A stretch of DNA of 63,980 nucleotides, filler included, from Hausera hauseri (GCA_046269625.1; 13 parts of 13 records of this genome joined end to end with filler, not necessarily neighbours in it); one strand, 5' to 3'. Shown: positions 50,170 to 62,800, counted from the whole stretch's first letter. Numbers and translations: made by a program. The notes: generated from the letters alone by a model not told the origin.

Positions 50170-50908
50170 TTCTCACACCCAGAAAATGAGGTCAAGCAAA
50201 AAGGTTCGGACTAGATGATATCGATAACAAGTGACAAGATGAGCAAAAGCTAACAGATGTGAGGCTTACAGAAATGTAAGAGAGAGGCGCTAGAACAGGA
50301 AGAAGCAAATCGGGAAATGCTCTACGTGTAACGCCAAACATGTTGCTAGCACTAAGAAAATGTGTTCAATTGGTACATTGATATTGACGATTGCAATGGA
50401 CACTGTTGCAAGTCTGTCAGACCATGGGAATATGTGCAAAAACCGATGGGAAAATTTCAAGCGGGTAAAATTTCCCATGTTCAAGTCTGCCGATGATGGA
50501 AATTGATCTAATACATTGCCCATAAACTGGGGAAAATTTTATATTATAGCCGCTTCACGATCGAACCAATGGATCGGGGTGAGAAACGCAATCAAACGAA
50601 CGAACGAACCAAAAAAGCGCAATGTTAAAGTCAAAATCATTATAGTAGGTAGAGTGTCCTCTCCTAACCACTTCCCAAAAAGTGCTCAGATCGAGCTGGA
50701 AACCAGTTTTCCACACCTGTCTCGCAATTCTGAGCATTTCATGTTTTGTGGTCGAAGACCTTCCCCCAGCCGGAAGCATATGTCACATGTCGCACATGTC
50801 GCCGTTCTCGTTTCTGTGAGCTAATATAAAAACTGTACATCAAGCACATGTCCGGACAAAATGTCATCGGTCAATCTTTGAATTTCACTTTCAATATACT
50901 CTTCCATT
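50170..50908 (-). pseudogene. Decayed unknown ORF of the PolB element, divergent from the small-gene/PolB unit
   Basis: Start MEEYIESEIQRLTDDI is conserved with MEEYTKSEIQRLVHDI at about 13014 (+) in the homologous contig. Confidence 0.4.
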
Positions 50909-51116
50909 TGATTTATACAAATTAAGTGCTGAGAATGGTAAATGTTTATAGCTGAGTATGTTAAGCCCTCAGACCACCACCACCACCATAACAACAACCA
51001 CCATAGAAGGAGCGGTATAAGGTGCGGTGATTTAAATGAATTTTAATTTAAATTATAAATGCGTTTATATATATTGTATGACATTTAACATTTACTTTAA
51101 TTTGTTTCTCATTCAG

Positions 51117-51550
51117 AAATGCAATCAATATTCCATGTATTGCGTCTCTCGCATACATGCGGAGGGGGATCCGTGCCATCAAAAGATGGCTAAATACTAC
51201 AAAGTTGGTCCGGACACGTATGTGTGTCCAACGTGTAATGTTCCAACCCGTTGTCCGTACCCCAATTTTTATGAGATGTACAAGCATCAACTCGGACCGT
51301 TTACTCAGTCTAAGAAGATGATGGTTGTGCACTGCCGCATGTAACTCGATACTGCAGTAATATAGTGCATGACGTTGATGGTTGTCATAGTGTAATGGAC
51401 AGTCTATGGCATAACCACAACGCTGTACAATAAACGGGCCTACGTTTGTTCCGGTTATTCAATAGTTGAAACTCAAATCAACTATAAACAATTTTATAAT
51501 CTCACAAGTACCACTTAAACCAGTTTAAGGGGTCGAAGAAACAAATATTT
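51117..51550 (+). pseudogene. Small Cys/His tandem-domain protein upstream of PolB
   Basis: KCNQYSMYCVSRIH..CHQKMAKYY..CPTC..FYEMYKHQLGPF, homologous to 12408-12836. Confidence 0.6.
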
Positions 51551-52006
51551 ATGGACAGCAGCAGCAGCAGCATCCTGTCAACAACAAGAACAAGAACAAG
51601 AACAACAACAACCAGTAGGAAACGTCAGGCCTCAACAAGTCTTGACGACTTAATCAGAATCAGTACCCAGCAGCAACAGCAGCAGCAGCAGCAACAGGAA
51701 CGGCATCAACAAGAACAGGAGGCCAGTATTCCCAACATTACAGTCAAGTACGATCTAAACAGATCGTACGTGGACATGAAGGTGGACATGTCAGAGAAAA
51801 CAGCAACGCAATTGAAGGATGTACCCGCTCATGTGCATAACCGGTTGGAAACAGAGGTGGCCAAATTTCAACACCACCACCACTGCAAAGTGCAATATTA
51901 TGCACTTGCAAAATTTGAATATTTGGAAAGTGACAGGAAACAATGGTACCTGTCACATCGAGCCGTACCGTATTCCGAAGATTTTATTGCCGACGTAGGC
52001 GAAAAG
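51551..52006 (+). CDS. polB: N-terminus of Polinton-type PolB with poly-S/T/Q low complexity, 3'-truncated
   Basis: Nucleotide homology to the reverse complement of about 12020-12408, which leads into the PolB motifs. Confidence 0.7.
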
Positions 52007-52106
52007 NNNNNNNNNNNNNNNNNNNNNNNNNNNNNNNNNNNNNNNNNNNNTTAATTAATTAANNNNNNNNNNNNNNNNNNNNNNNNNNNNNNNNNNNNNN
52101 NNNNNN

Positions 52107-54560
52107 GTCCGTATTAAATTGAATGTACGGTTGAAGCCACTTTGACTGACTGAATTGCAAAGCCCTGTGGATTTTTTTAATCTGCACGCCATGTCGCACT
52201 GCCTGCTGTAAAGAAACATAATGGCTGATATATCGTTTTCGATTGTTTAAGTGCAACAATAATTTTTAAGATTTTCCATTTGGTGATGGCAGTTTTGATT
52301 CCTGCAGGAACGGTAGCTGATCATGTTCGTCAATCAGTAATATGGGTGAACTACGTCAACCTCCAAAATGTACCCTGTTTCTGCATCTAGTGGAATAGCC
52401 ATGATATCACTTTGACTGAAATAATCTGCCCATTGGAAATTTCCATAGGGTAAGCTGCATCACATAGCTTAGACATAGAGATTATTTGCGCCAAGGTACA
52501 TGATGAATGACGATGGTATGTATGAATTACTTGACATATTCCTCCTTGTATTGCCCCCTCCAACATCAATATCATATCGTAGTCCTTCAACGCTTGCAGC
52601 TGAACTCCTGTGTATTTCAACATTGCTGACTGTCATTCCGGGAGCCGCAAAAAATCAGCAGGATCAACTTTCTTGTTTGCCATTGTCACATTTTGGAAAC
52701 TCTCGAAAACATCAGCTAGAAGAATCACATAAGTTAGTAGATATACATCACTGTAATCACCCAGTGTCTTACATTTGAATGAGCTCCAAACGTTTTGAGC
52801 ATGTGCATAATCTTCATCGCTAATGCTCGAATGCGAAAATTTGTTGTAAAACATTTACAGAGGTGGTAATCTGGTTTCATCCAATTTGTTTATGACGTGA
52901 TGTAGTCATCGGGAAAACACCATTTCGCTTAACTCAGTAAAATGTGTCCATCTAGAAGTATCTTCTGGTCTCCTTTAGTTCACTATCTTGCAGATTTTTC
53001 ACCAGTTTATCCAAGCTGTTGCTCATAAGTTTTAGACTGTTTTTAAAACGCAGCTGCATCGTTCCAAAATGCAGTGAAAGTAATATACTTTTCTTTACTG
53101 TGTGGAATAACATCAATTTTTCCATTCACATTTCGCAGTTCTCTGATAATAAAATGTGAATCGTATCCACTTAAGTTGTGAAATATTCCGGGGATAAATT
53201 TAACAGTTGGACCACGGTATTTTCCCCTGATGTGACAGTGATCTCGAACTTTGTGATTTTCAGCGGTAAATTGTTTTGCACACAAGTAGCAAACTGAAAC
53301 ATTTTTCCATTGGGTTTCCTTAATTGCTGTAATATTTATTTTTTTCGGTTTCATATCTTCGATACTGTGAGCAAGTTCTTCCAACCGTGTCATAAAATTG
53401 ATGCTGCATTTCGGGTCCTGTATAGGTATGGCTCGTTTGCAAATCCTTTTGAAAACATACAAAAAGACATTACCTCATGCAATTGATAGGCAGTATTACT
53501 TGAATGATCCTTGTTTGGGTTACGTGTGTGGATTGGAGTCAAGATAGACTCAAAATCACAGTAAATAACGAACGGTACTCGTAGAATTTTTTTATATTCC
53601 TTAAAATAGACGATATCCTCCTGGGGAAAATCTAACTTGACAGATTTTTTCTCATTGAAACACAATTTATGTTCCTTTAGTTTGCCTTCAGCTAATTTTC
53701 CATGTTGATCATCAAAATGTGAAAAACACGTCTTGCATATTAATATACCATTCATACTCTTCGTGATCTGTGATCTAATTAACCGACCAATATTTTTTAT
53801 CTACACATAGTGGCTTTTTTCACCATTACTTAATAACAGCAAATCCCGATGGTCTGATTTTTCTTCATTGCAAACCTTGAGTGGATATATTTTATTCTTT
53901 TTATCAATCGCAAAAATATTGATAGATATATCATTGAAATTTTCAAATTTCCTGATATCAAGAAACGATGAAGGGTATGTTATACAAGAAAAATTATATG
54001 GATGATCAAGGTTTGTGTATTTGTCAACCCGATGTGGATTTGTGTCTAAAAATTTCGATAGAATTGAATACTTGAAGCATAAATCATCATCAATGTTTTG
54101 TACATTAATGCATGCCTTTTATCTTCAATCCATTGAAGCAGCTTAATGTATGATGATCCACGCATTGGGGAATACTTGTGAATCCTCATGTTGAGTCCTT
54201 TGATGTTCGAAAGAGTCCATCCGCTTTTCTTAGCATGGCTTTTTTCGGCTTCAGTTACCAATTTCGTAAACTCTCCATCAAAGAAATCGGTAATTTCTGA
54301 GGCATGCAGGATAGGCTTGCTTTTTGTTTTGAAAGAACTTTTAGATAGTTCACCATCCTTTTCACAGTCAGCCTCGATAACTAGGTTAACTTTCAGGGCA
54401 TTGATTTCTGATAGATTTTCATTTAAGGCTGTGGTTGCATCCGCTTTTGAAAATTCCAAAAATTTAGGGAGACTCTTTTGACCGGTTGCAGGAATAAAAT
54501 GGGTAACAATTTTACGAAAAAGTTACATCGAATATATTTTATTTTTGATAAAGAAATTGT
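52107..54560 (-). pseudogene. polB: Protein-primed PolB (Polinton type, different subfamily) with EndoVII-like insertion
   Basis: SGWTL..KYSPMRGSSYIKL, PFVIYCDFESIL (ExoI), CYLC..KVRDHCHIRGKYRG, FHNLSGYDSHFII (ExoII), LGDYSDVYL..LLADVFESF, KIHRALQFSQSKWLQPYIQFNT. Confidence 0.92.
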
Positions 54561-54624
54561 TCGCTAAATTATTTTAAGTAAACTCAGTACGTGAATAATC
54601 GTCTAAGCAATTTGGAAGCTCAGC

Positions 54625-54892
54625 CGTTCAGGTCTAACCTACTTGACGGCAGTCCGTCTAACTCTCAATAATCAGAACCAAGGAACTACGTAGAAAGTAA
54701 AGCTGAAATAAGCCTCATTGGCAGTTGACCCCGACATATTACCTATAGGATAGGACTAGGTAGGAAACCCATCTGTCTGAACGTACATACCACTGTAAGT
54801 ATAATCCTAAGTATAACCTTGTTCAACCCATTAATTTGAATAAGTCAACAAAGAAAAGTCTCTTCCCAAATAGAATTAACGGGAACTGAACA
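54625..54892 (+). repeat. Putative 5' LTR
   Basis: Bounded by CGTTCAG...CTGAACA (terminal inverted repeat, first base C instead of T) and ends 2 nt before the PBS. Confidence 0.6.
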
Positions 54893-54894
54893 AC

Positions 54895-54912
54895 TGGTGC
54901 CGTGACCCGGGA
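54895..54912 (+). promoter_or_regulatory. Primer-binding site complementary to the tRNA-His 3' end
   Basis: TGGTGCCGTGACCCGGGA vs tRNA-His PBS TGGTGCCGTGACTCGGAT, located right after the LTR-end CA. Confidence 0.85.
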
Positions 54913-55018
54913 CCTTTAGATAAAACCTTTAGAGAAGCAGAAGTAGTTAGTATTCAAAATTACAACTACGAAGGGAACACCTTACCAAGTAGAACCAGAC
55001 GATAATCCGCTCTTTGGA

Positions 55019-56041
55019 TTGGAATTCATAAATCATTTGAGTGAAGAAGACGAAGATAGAATGACCCGGAATGATCATGTAGTAGAGCAGGTGATCCAGT
55101 CCAATGCTAACTTCACCCTGCCAATGAAAAAATTCTCAGAGAAGGAGGACGTACAGGACTTCATCATGGAATACGAGGTATACTCGAGAAGTTTTGGATG
55201 GACGGACCAACAACTAATGGAGAGGTTACGCCTTTACCTGAAGGGAACAGCCCTAACAATCTACTTCCAGATGCCTGAAGATGATAAGAAGGATTGGAAA
55301 ACCGTCGAAGAAAAGTTGCCACAGAAGTTTTTAGTTGATCCCTCTGGAAAAGGAAGGATAGAAGAGTTTATGCGAAGAAGGCAACGGAAAGATGAGACGG
55401 TCCAGGATTTTGTGTGTGCACTGAAGAAATTGGCAGCTAGGGCATATCCTGATGCAACGATAAGAGGTAATGCGTTACTGGCTTAATTCCAATAGAGACT
55501 CGAAGGGAAGTTAAGAACAATAATCCTGCAGGCTGATCCACCCACATTTCAAGAAGCCATAAGGAAGGAACGCAAAGCAGAACGGGACGAAGAAATATAC
55601 AGGTGGAATAAACCCAAAAGATATAAAAATTACGACGATAACCGAAAGAATTATAGTACACAAAAGTATGAACGGTATAACAGAAACAGAAGCCCTTCGC
55701 AAACTTCAGCTGCGGAAGCTGAGTCCGACGCTGAAAAGAAGGTACGATTCAAACTAAAGAACGATGGTGAAAATGCATTTTATAAGAAGAAATCCCCCAC
55801 AAAGGACGGAAGAAAGTTGCCTAATATAGATGCTGAAGGAAGACTAAAATGTTTTAATTGTAACAAGTATGATCACATAGCAAAAATATGTAGATCACGA
55901 AAAAGGAAATCCTCAAAACCTTATAAGCAAAAGAAAAAGGAATATACCTCAGAAACGTCGGACGAGTCATACGATCAAGAGCATAAAACGGAAGAAAGCA
56001 ATAGTGAGCATGAAAGAAAGAATAAAAGAAGAAAAGTGTAA
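55019..56041 (+). pseudogene. gag: Gag (capsid plus CCHC zinc knuckle)
   Basis: FSEKEDVQDFI..GW..LRLYLKGTA..RRQRKDETVQDF..PPTFQEAI and CFNCNKYDHIAKIC, all in one frame with internal stops. Confidence 0.92.
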
Positions 56042-56657
56042 ATTGCATTAATGATATACTATCTCAACGTATGAGAACGCAACTGGATATTGAGGTAAAA
56101 GACTATAAAACCCAGCAAAAGAGATTAAAAGAAAATAGTATTTACGTAGTGGAAGAGAAACCGAAAGGCAGAAAGTCGCGTCAAGGAGGAAAGAAGAGTA
56201 ATAAAAAAATAATCGATGATATCGAATCAAGAGAAACCTCCGTAGAGAGGAGTAACCCAGAAAGGGTAAAAGAATAAAATAAGGACGAAAGAAGAGTAAA
56301 CTCAGTACACCCAAGAGTAGCCCCAGTACACTGGAAACAGAACCAGAGGAAAGCCAACCTACAAAAATTTTCGATGAAACCGTTATTGAACAAGTGATAC
56401 ACGATATAGAAGTAGATTTAGATGCCGAAGATGACATAATCCAAGCAGTGATTGCTATAGACCCTGAAAATATAATAGATGTAAAGGAAGCAACAAGTAC
56501 AATATTAAAGTTAATAGATAATAAGGTATGTACTGATAAGATAAATGAAGTACTATTTTAATTATTACTACTCGCCCACGATACGAGTCCGATAAGAGAA
56601 ATAGCACGGACAATATTGGCCAGGGCAGCTGAAGATGAGAAAGGAAGAAGCGAAACA

Positions 56658-56882
56658 GTAAGAATAATATTAAAAGAAAGAAACCAAGATATGAGGGTTA
56701 TAAGAATGAATGAAACAGACGATGTATTGACATTACGAGAAAAGATTGGAGAACTAGAACCGTTTTATAAGGAAAAGACATATGGATTAATCTTTTATGG
56801 CAGAACACTATACAGCTACGACAATTTGTTACGAGTGGGATGTAGGAGTGAAAACTGTAACCCAATTACGATAACAGAGATA
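56658..56882 (+). pseudogene. Ubiquitin-like domain within the retroelement polyprotein
   Basis: VRIILKERNQDMRVIRMNETDDVLTLREKI..YGLIFYGRTLYSYDNLLRVG aligns nearly gap-free with ubiquitin MQIFVK..EPSDTIENVKAKI..RLIFAGKQLEDGRTLSDYN. Confidence 0.75.
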
Positions 56883-57601
56883 CACCCCAATGCAAGAGCA
56901 GAAGCAACGATAGATAACATCATAAGGGAACTGGAACCTCAAGAGGTTGACGAACAACCATTAGGCAATACACAGGATGTTACGGTGCCAACAGAAGCCT
57001 GAAGGAGAGGAAGACCAAGAGGAACAAAGATAAGTGACATTCGGAATAAACGGGATGGAAATGAAGAAATCGTGCGACGTCTATTATTGGCAGGAACAGG
57101 TACAACGCCAGAATCTATAGATATAGATCCTTTGTTAAGAAAGTTGTTAGCCAAATTACACACGTCATTTGCATCGTTTAATATGCAAGTGGCAGTCCCT
57201 GACGAATTGTTACAGACGTTACGTAACGGCATGTTGAAAATTAGTAGGCAGTTTTATAAAAATATTGGAGAGGAACGAATCAATAAATTACATGAGCAAG
57301 ACTCATTAGAAAAGATGTTTGCGACAGGAATTACGCAAGAAAAGTTTAAACAGCTATAGCCTATTTATTATATAAAGTGATTGTGATCAATCACCAGACC
57401 CAAAATTTAGAAGAAATTGATCGAAGTATTAAAGCAACGGTTAAGGCTTTGAAAGATACGATAGAAAGTTGAGTCCAGTGTAGAGGCGGGTGATTGGAAT
57501 GTCTTACAAAAAATGTAAGAGCAGAAGGATACGGAGGACTAACAGAAACGCCAACCGTCGCACAATCAAACCAACACACGCCAAAACAAGGCATAACGGG
57601 A

Positions 57602-59322
57602 ATGACGATGATGATGATCTTTCAGTTAATTTTAATAACATCGTTACTGATGCCGAAGGCAATGGGAATAGTAGCATACGATTGCTCGAAACCTAAGGAA
57701 GGACAGAAGTATTCCTTAGATGATCTAGAAAAATGTCCCAAAGCTGACCCAGAACAATTAACGACGACCAGCGGTCACAGATATTGGATTTATCAGGAAT
57801 CTGAATTTATAAAAGTCAAGGTCAGGGAATGTTATGTAAAGAAATCTTTTTCCCTGTTTAACTGTGCGTATTATTCCAGAAACTCTGAAATAATTGAACC
57901 AACAACACCATTTGAACCAATAATAATATCGCGTGCAGAATGCCAAGATGCCTTTAAAATCGGAGTGATAACGATACAAAATGTACAGATATCAGCAGTA
58001 CGAAATAAGATAAAATATACTCGAATATTTAGAGCGGGAAGAATAGGTAAAACGAGGGAAGGCACCTGCAAAGGGGTAGATTACGATGTGGAAGGATCGA
58101 TAGCACCAAGAACAGTGGCAATTGAAGATTATCAAGTTGAATTAAAGGAATACAAAGGATTATTAGACTCCCAGACCAAACTCATGACGACAATGAGCGA
58201 GTGCGAATATGAAAGTGGCGAATTCGATACTAGCGCATTCAAAATGACGTGGGAAGTAACTTCAAATAGATGTCATTTGACCCTGCTAAAAGAAGGAAAA
58301 TTCAATAAGACAGTGGGAAAAACAGGCGAAAAGGAAGCAACAACATACAAGGAAGGGATCAAAAAAGTAAAAATGACGGACGTCGCTACGATAGTCTATT
58401 CAGAAAATCCTGAAGAAATGATGCGATTTAAAAATACGGGAACAACGAATAAATGTGACGAAGAAATATCCAAAACTAATTATAAAGGTATTTATCTTTC
58501 ATCTAAAGCGATAGTACAAGCAAAGACAAAGATAGATAAAAAGGACATAAAGTTAACGCAATACTTTGATAACACGAATGAGTTTTTAATCAATTACGTT
58601 AGAATAGAAATTAGAAGTTTATATAGGAAAATAATAATGAACGAGTGCAAGTTAAACGATGAAATTATACGAAACAAGATGTCGTTAGTAATAATAAACC
58701 CTGATATGGTAGCATCATTGATGCCATTTGGTGACGGAGTAATCGGAAGAGTAACTAGGATATTACTAGACGTCAATGAAAAACCAGTTCGGCTGGATAA
58801 CTGTACCTTTAATATGGCACCCATGTTTAAACTAGATGAGAAGAGGTGAATCAGGATGCTAAATTTTAATAAATGTTAAATTTGATAAATTTACAAAGAA
58901 ATCAAAAATTCAAACCACTTACGGGAATATCTCAAGGAGGAATTTACACACAACAAAATTTAGAAGATTATCGACGAATGTTGTTATTCCCCCAACGGAG
59001 GCAAAGAGTAATAACGGAACTAACAAGAAGAGTAATATGGGACGGCGAAGGCTCAACACAATGGGAAAACCTGATGAGAAAAGATTATTTAAAGAAAGTT
59101 ACACGGAATATCATGGAAAAGATGTGGGGGAAATTTTTGTATTTTGGCCAAGCAGCCTCAGGATTTCTCGCGATATATTTTATTACTACTGCGATACGAG
59201 TGATATTCACTGCTATTAGCAAGGTTTATGGCATACACTCAGAAGTAGGTTGTTCTTGGAAGATTCTGATAGTAGTAATTACGGCCGTAGCTAGTTGTTT
59301 TCTAGCGAAACACGATGCTTAA
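57602..59322 (+). pseudogene. env: Chuvirus-like envelope glycoprotein (signal peptide, ectodomain, TM), decayed
   Basis: Signal MTMMMIFQLILITSLLMPKAMG then IVAYDC, Cys-rich ectodomain, GGIYTQ..LLFP, WGKFLYFGQ and TM segments. Stops and a 41-codon deletion relative to the copy at 28202 onward. Confidence 0.88.
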
Positions 59323-59873
59323 TGGAAAAAGAAAATGTTTAAAACAAGAAATAAAAAGAATTCTCCGTATAGTAATGTAAACAATAAAAACGATGATGAT
59401 GATGATTTCGACGTCAAGAAAAAAAGTGATAAATATATAAGGAGATGGAGACATTTTTTACTAAAACCACGAAAACAAAAATATAAACAAAAGTTCATAG
59501 TTGACTAACCGCAGTTAAATCCAGTAGACGAATATCACGAACGAGTTTATATCGAACAAACAATAACAAATCCATTAGCTCTTCAATATTCAAGGCATGA
59601 GATGTACCTTATGCATCAAATACTACAAATAAAGCAGAATTATGATGAAAACCTCACACCGTACAATCGCGAGCCCACTTGCAAAACAACGGATAAAAAT
59701 GAGCCACAATCACCTTTAAGGCCAGAGATAGATATAGAAGTAAACGGATATCCAATAACGGCCTTGTTGAATANNNNNNNNNNNNNNNNNNNNNNNNNNN
59801 NNNNNNNNNNNNNNNNNTTAATTAATTAANNNNNNNNNNNNNNNNNNNNNNNNNNNNNNNNNNNNNNNNNNNN

Positions 59874-62800
59874 TATACTTGCTGAATGTGACTCTGCATG
59901 TTTTGTGTTTATGCTGTGTGTTTGCTTGCAGAGGTTGAAGTTGGGGAAAAAATGGTCTAATTTCATGGTACGTGTTGTGTCATGCAAAGACGAGTCAGAA
60001 AGAAGAGAAGAAGAAAAAGGTGAAGGAGGAAGAGAGATTGTTGAAGACGGATTACTAAAAGTATTCAAGAGAGTGTTAGAAGACGAAGAAATGATAAAAG
60101 GTGTAGTGGCGGATGAAGGAAGAGAGATGATGTTATTTTCGAAGTTTTCAATTACAATTTGTCCATTTATTGTACGGTTATCCATTGATAGCCAGAATTC
60201 GTCAGAAAATAAAACTATTACAATAATACATCCAACATCAATAGAAAGTAAATTGAAATCGTCTAGAAGGATTTTGTAATTAAAGAAAATATAAACTTGA
60301 CAAACAGTTCATTTTGGGATTATTCATGACGGTATTTACAGAGATAACGTTCAAATTGAAATCAATTAGAAAATAACATTAAATGAGTTACAGTAATTCG
60401 ATAGCTGCCAGACCATGACAATCAAATAGTAATGACTTTTACCTGGAACAAATCAGGAATTCGAAATAAAAGACTATCAATTAGAGTGCAAAACGGCGAA
60501 TGAAACAGGAACTGAATCGACTTAAAAAACTGATAAAATTGAGACAGAGGTATTAGTAGAGAGCGGAAGACAGATAGGGATAGAAGTAAAGAGAAAAGAA
60601 AGTTGCGAAGCGGAAATGAAGGGGGTAAAAGACGATGTGTGAGAAGAAAGGGAGAAAGAAAGCGCCGAAGATGAGGAAGGTGAGGAAGGAGAAAGAGAGA
60701 CGAGAGAGAAAATGGCGAAAAGGGACAAAGTGGAAAAGAGCAAGAAGATGAAGAAGGAGAAGGAAAGTAGTTGAAAGGAGGTATGCGAGAGGTTGGAATG
60801 ATAAAAGGGGTAGATGGAGAGATTGGTGAAGTCGAAGTGGTGTTGGATGGCGGAAGTACTGTAAAAGGAGAAAGCAGGTTGTTATGAGGGGATGAAAGAG
60901 GTGTGAAAAGGCCTGGAGGTGCAAAATTGCGTGGAGAAAAAGAAGCTGAATTGTCAAAAGAAATTAAAGTAGAAGTCTTGGGAGAACGCGTAGGCAAAAG
61001 TGGATTAAGAAATTGAACAGAGATGGAAGGTGAATTGTTGGATTGCTGTGCGTCGTGTAAAGATATTGGTGGAGAAGTAGTTTCGATGGGAGACGTAGCG
61101 TCAATGAAGAAAGCCGGCTTAGCGTTGTTGATGTGGACTGTTACTTCTTTGTCGTCCTTGAGAATGATGAGGTTGTGAGTGTAAAAAAATTACTTTGTAA
61201 GGGTCAACATACTGAGGTTGAAAACCACACGGCGTCTGATTCTTCAGCCATACAAACTTGGCAGTATATATCGTCGGGTATGTAAGGTTTATTTCCGTGT
61301 AAAAGTCTACAAAATGAGTCTTTGATGATCACAACGAAGTATCTCTGAGCCGCTTTTATGGTTTCGTCTGTAGGAATATTGTCCAACTCAGCCAGCTCGA
61401 ATAATGGTTTGATAGAAGTACCAAACAATGCTTCTGCAGGTGAACAGCCTGTAGATGTAGATGATGTGTTCCGCTAGCCAAGCAGAACGTATGGAAGGAG
61501 TGTATTCCAACTGCGATTGGACTCAGCAAGGATTTTGAGGGACGTTTTCATCGTTCGGTGAAAGCGTTCGAGAAGGCTATTCGATTGAGGATGATATGGT
61601 GACGTATGAATGTGGTTAATTCCAATCGATTGACAAGAGCTTTAAACAGGTTGGATTCTAACTGTGGACCTTGGTCCGAAATTATGTGACGAGATGATCC
61701 AAACCTGCTGATCCAAGTGCGGATGAAAACGTCTACGATTGTTTCTGTGTTGGTGCTCCGAAGCGGGACAGACTTTGGCCATCGTGAGGAACGGTCCATC
61801 ATTGTTAGGATGAACTGATGGCCGTTGTCTACAGGTAATGGGACTACAAGGTCAATGTGAACAGATTCAAAATGAGACGTGCAGGAAAAATGATATAGTG
61901 GTGGCTTTAAGTGCTTAGTAACTTTGTACTTTTGGCATGCCACACACTGCCTAACCCATGTCTGCACGTCAGAGCGCATCGACGGCCATACTACTTGGCA
62001 TTGTAAGAGTCGAAAAGTGGCCTTGGAATCGAGATGATGCAACGAATAGATGTTGTTTAATGCTTCTTTTTGAAGCAATTCAAAAAGGATGACTTTAGAA
62101 TTATTAGGTATGTAGGTGTCAAAGGCCACACTGCCGATGGTTTTGCACAATTTGAAAGATTTAAGGATGTCAGGAGGTGGCTGGTTTTGTTGAAGTATGG
62201 ATTGAGGAAAATTTGGTGTAAAATCAATCGAGCTGATTGATCTGGACAAAATGTCAGCTACTAAATTGCCGACTCTGTTTAGGTGCTTAATTTCAAAACT
62301 AAATGTGTACAAATACGATATTTGCCTCTCCTGACGCGGAGAAGGAGATTTTATGGTGAGAACTTGACGCAAGGGCTTGTGATCCATTTGTATTGTAAAA
62401 GTTCGTGCTTAAAGTGTTTTACGACAAGGACCATTGCAAGCAACTCTCTGTCAAAGGTGGAATATCTTTGCTCTTGTGCCGTAAATTTTCGAGAAAAGAA
62501 TTCTAATAGCTCATGGGATCCATTTTTGACTTGATGAAGGACAGCACCTGCAGCTGTTATTGATGCATCCGTGGTTAAGAAGAGTTCTTCATGGGAGTCG
62601 AGATAGGCCAGGATTTCTACGGTTTTTAGATTATTTTTAAGGTGATCGAAAACGTTGAGTAGCTTAGCGGTCCATTAATGAGGCTGTTTTTTCCTGCCAG
62701 ACCTTAGTGATGCAAATGGACCGGTAAGAGTGGAGCAGTGTGGAACATACTTTTGAATGAAGTGCAAGGTTCCGAAAAAAGAACGCATCTCTGTGCATGT

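Larger units (their letters stand above)
54625..59773 (+). mobile_element. Ty3/Gypsy element 5' half: LTR, PBS, gag, UBL, glycoprotein, protease start
   Basis: See component features. From about 58500 onward it is colinear with 28202-29610. Confidence 0.9.

Noticed and set aside
57602-59322. Endogenised chuvirus genome
   Set aside because: No L/RdRp or nucleoprotein is seen, and G is embedded in frame in retroelement genes in more than one copy.
4067-59873. Regularly recurring TTAATTAATTAA flanked by Ns as a biological repeat
   Set aside because: It is an artificial concatenation linker. ORFs running into it (X runs, 'LIN') are artefacts.
353-62534. Numerous short hydrophobic ORFs antisense to the element genes (e.g. 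1829-2212, 25902-26270, 28993-29319, 56048-56437)
   Set aside because: Shadow frames expected from A-rich coding strands, with no motifs.
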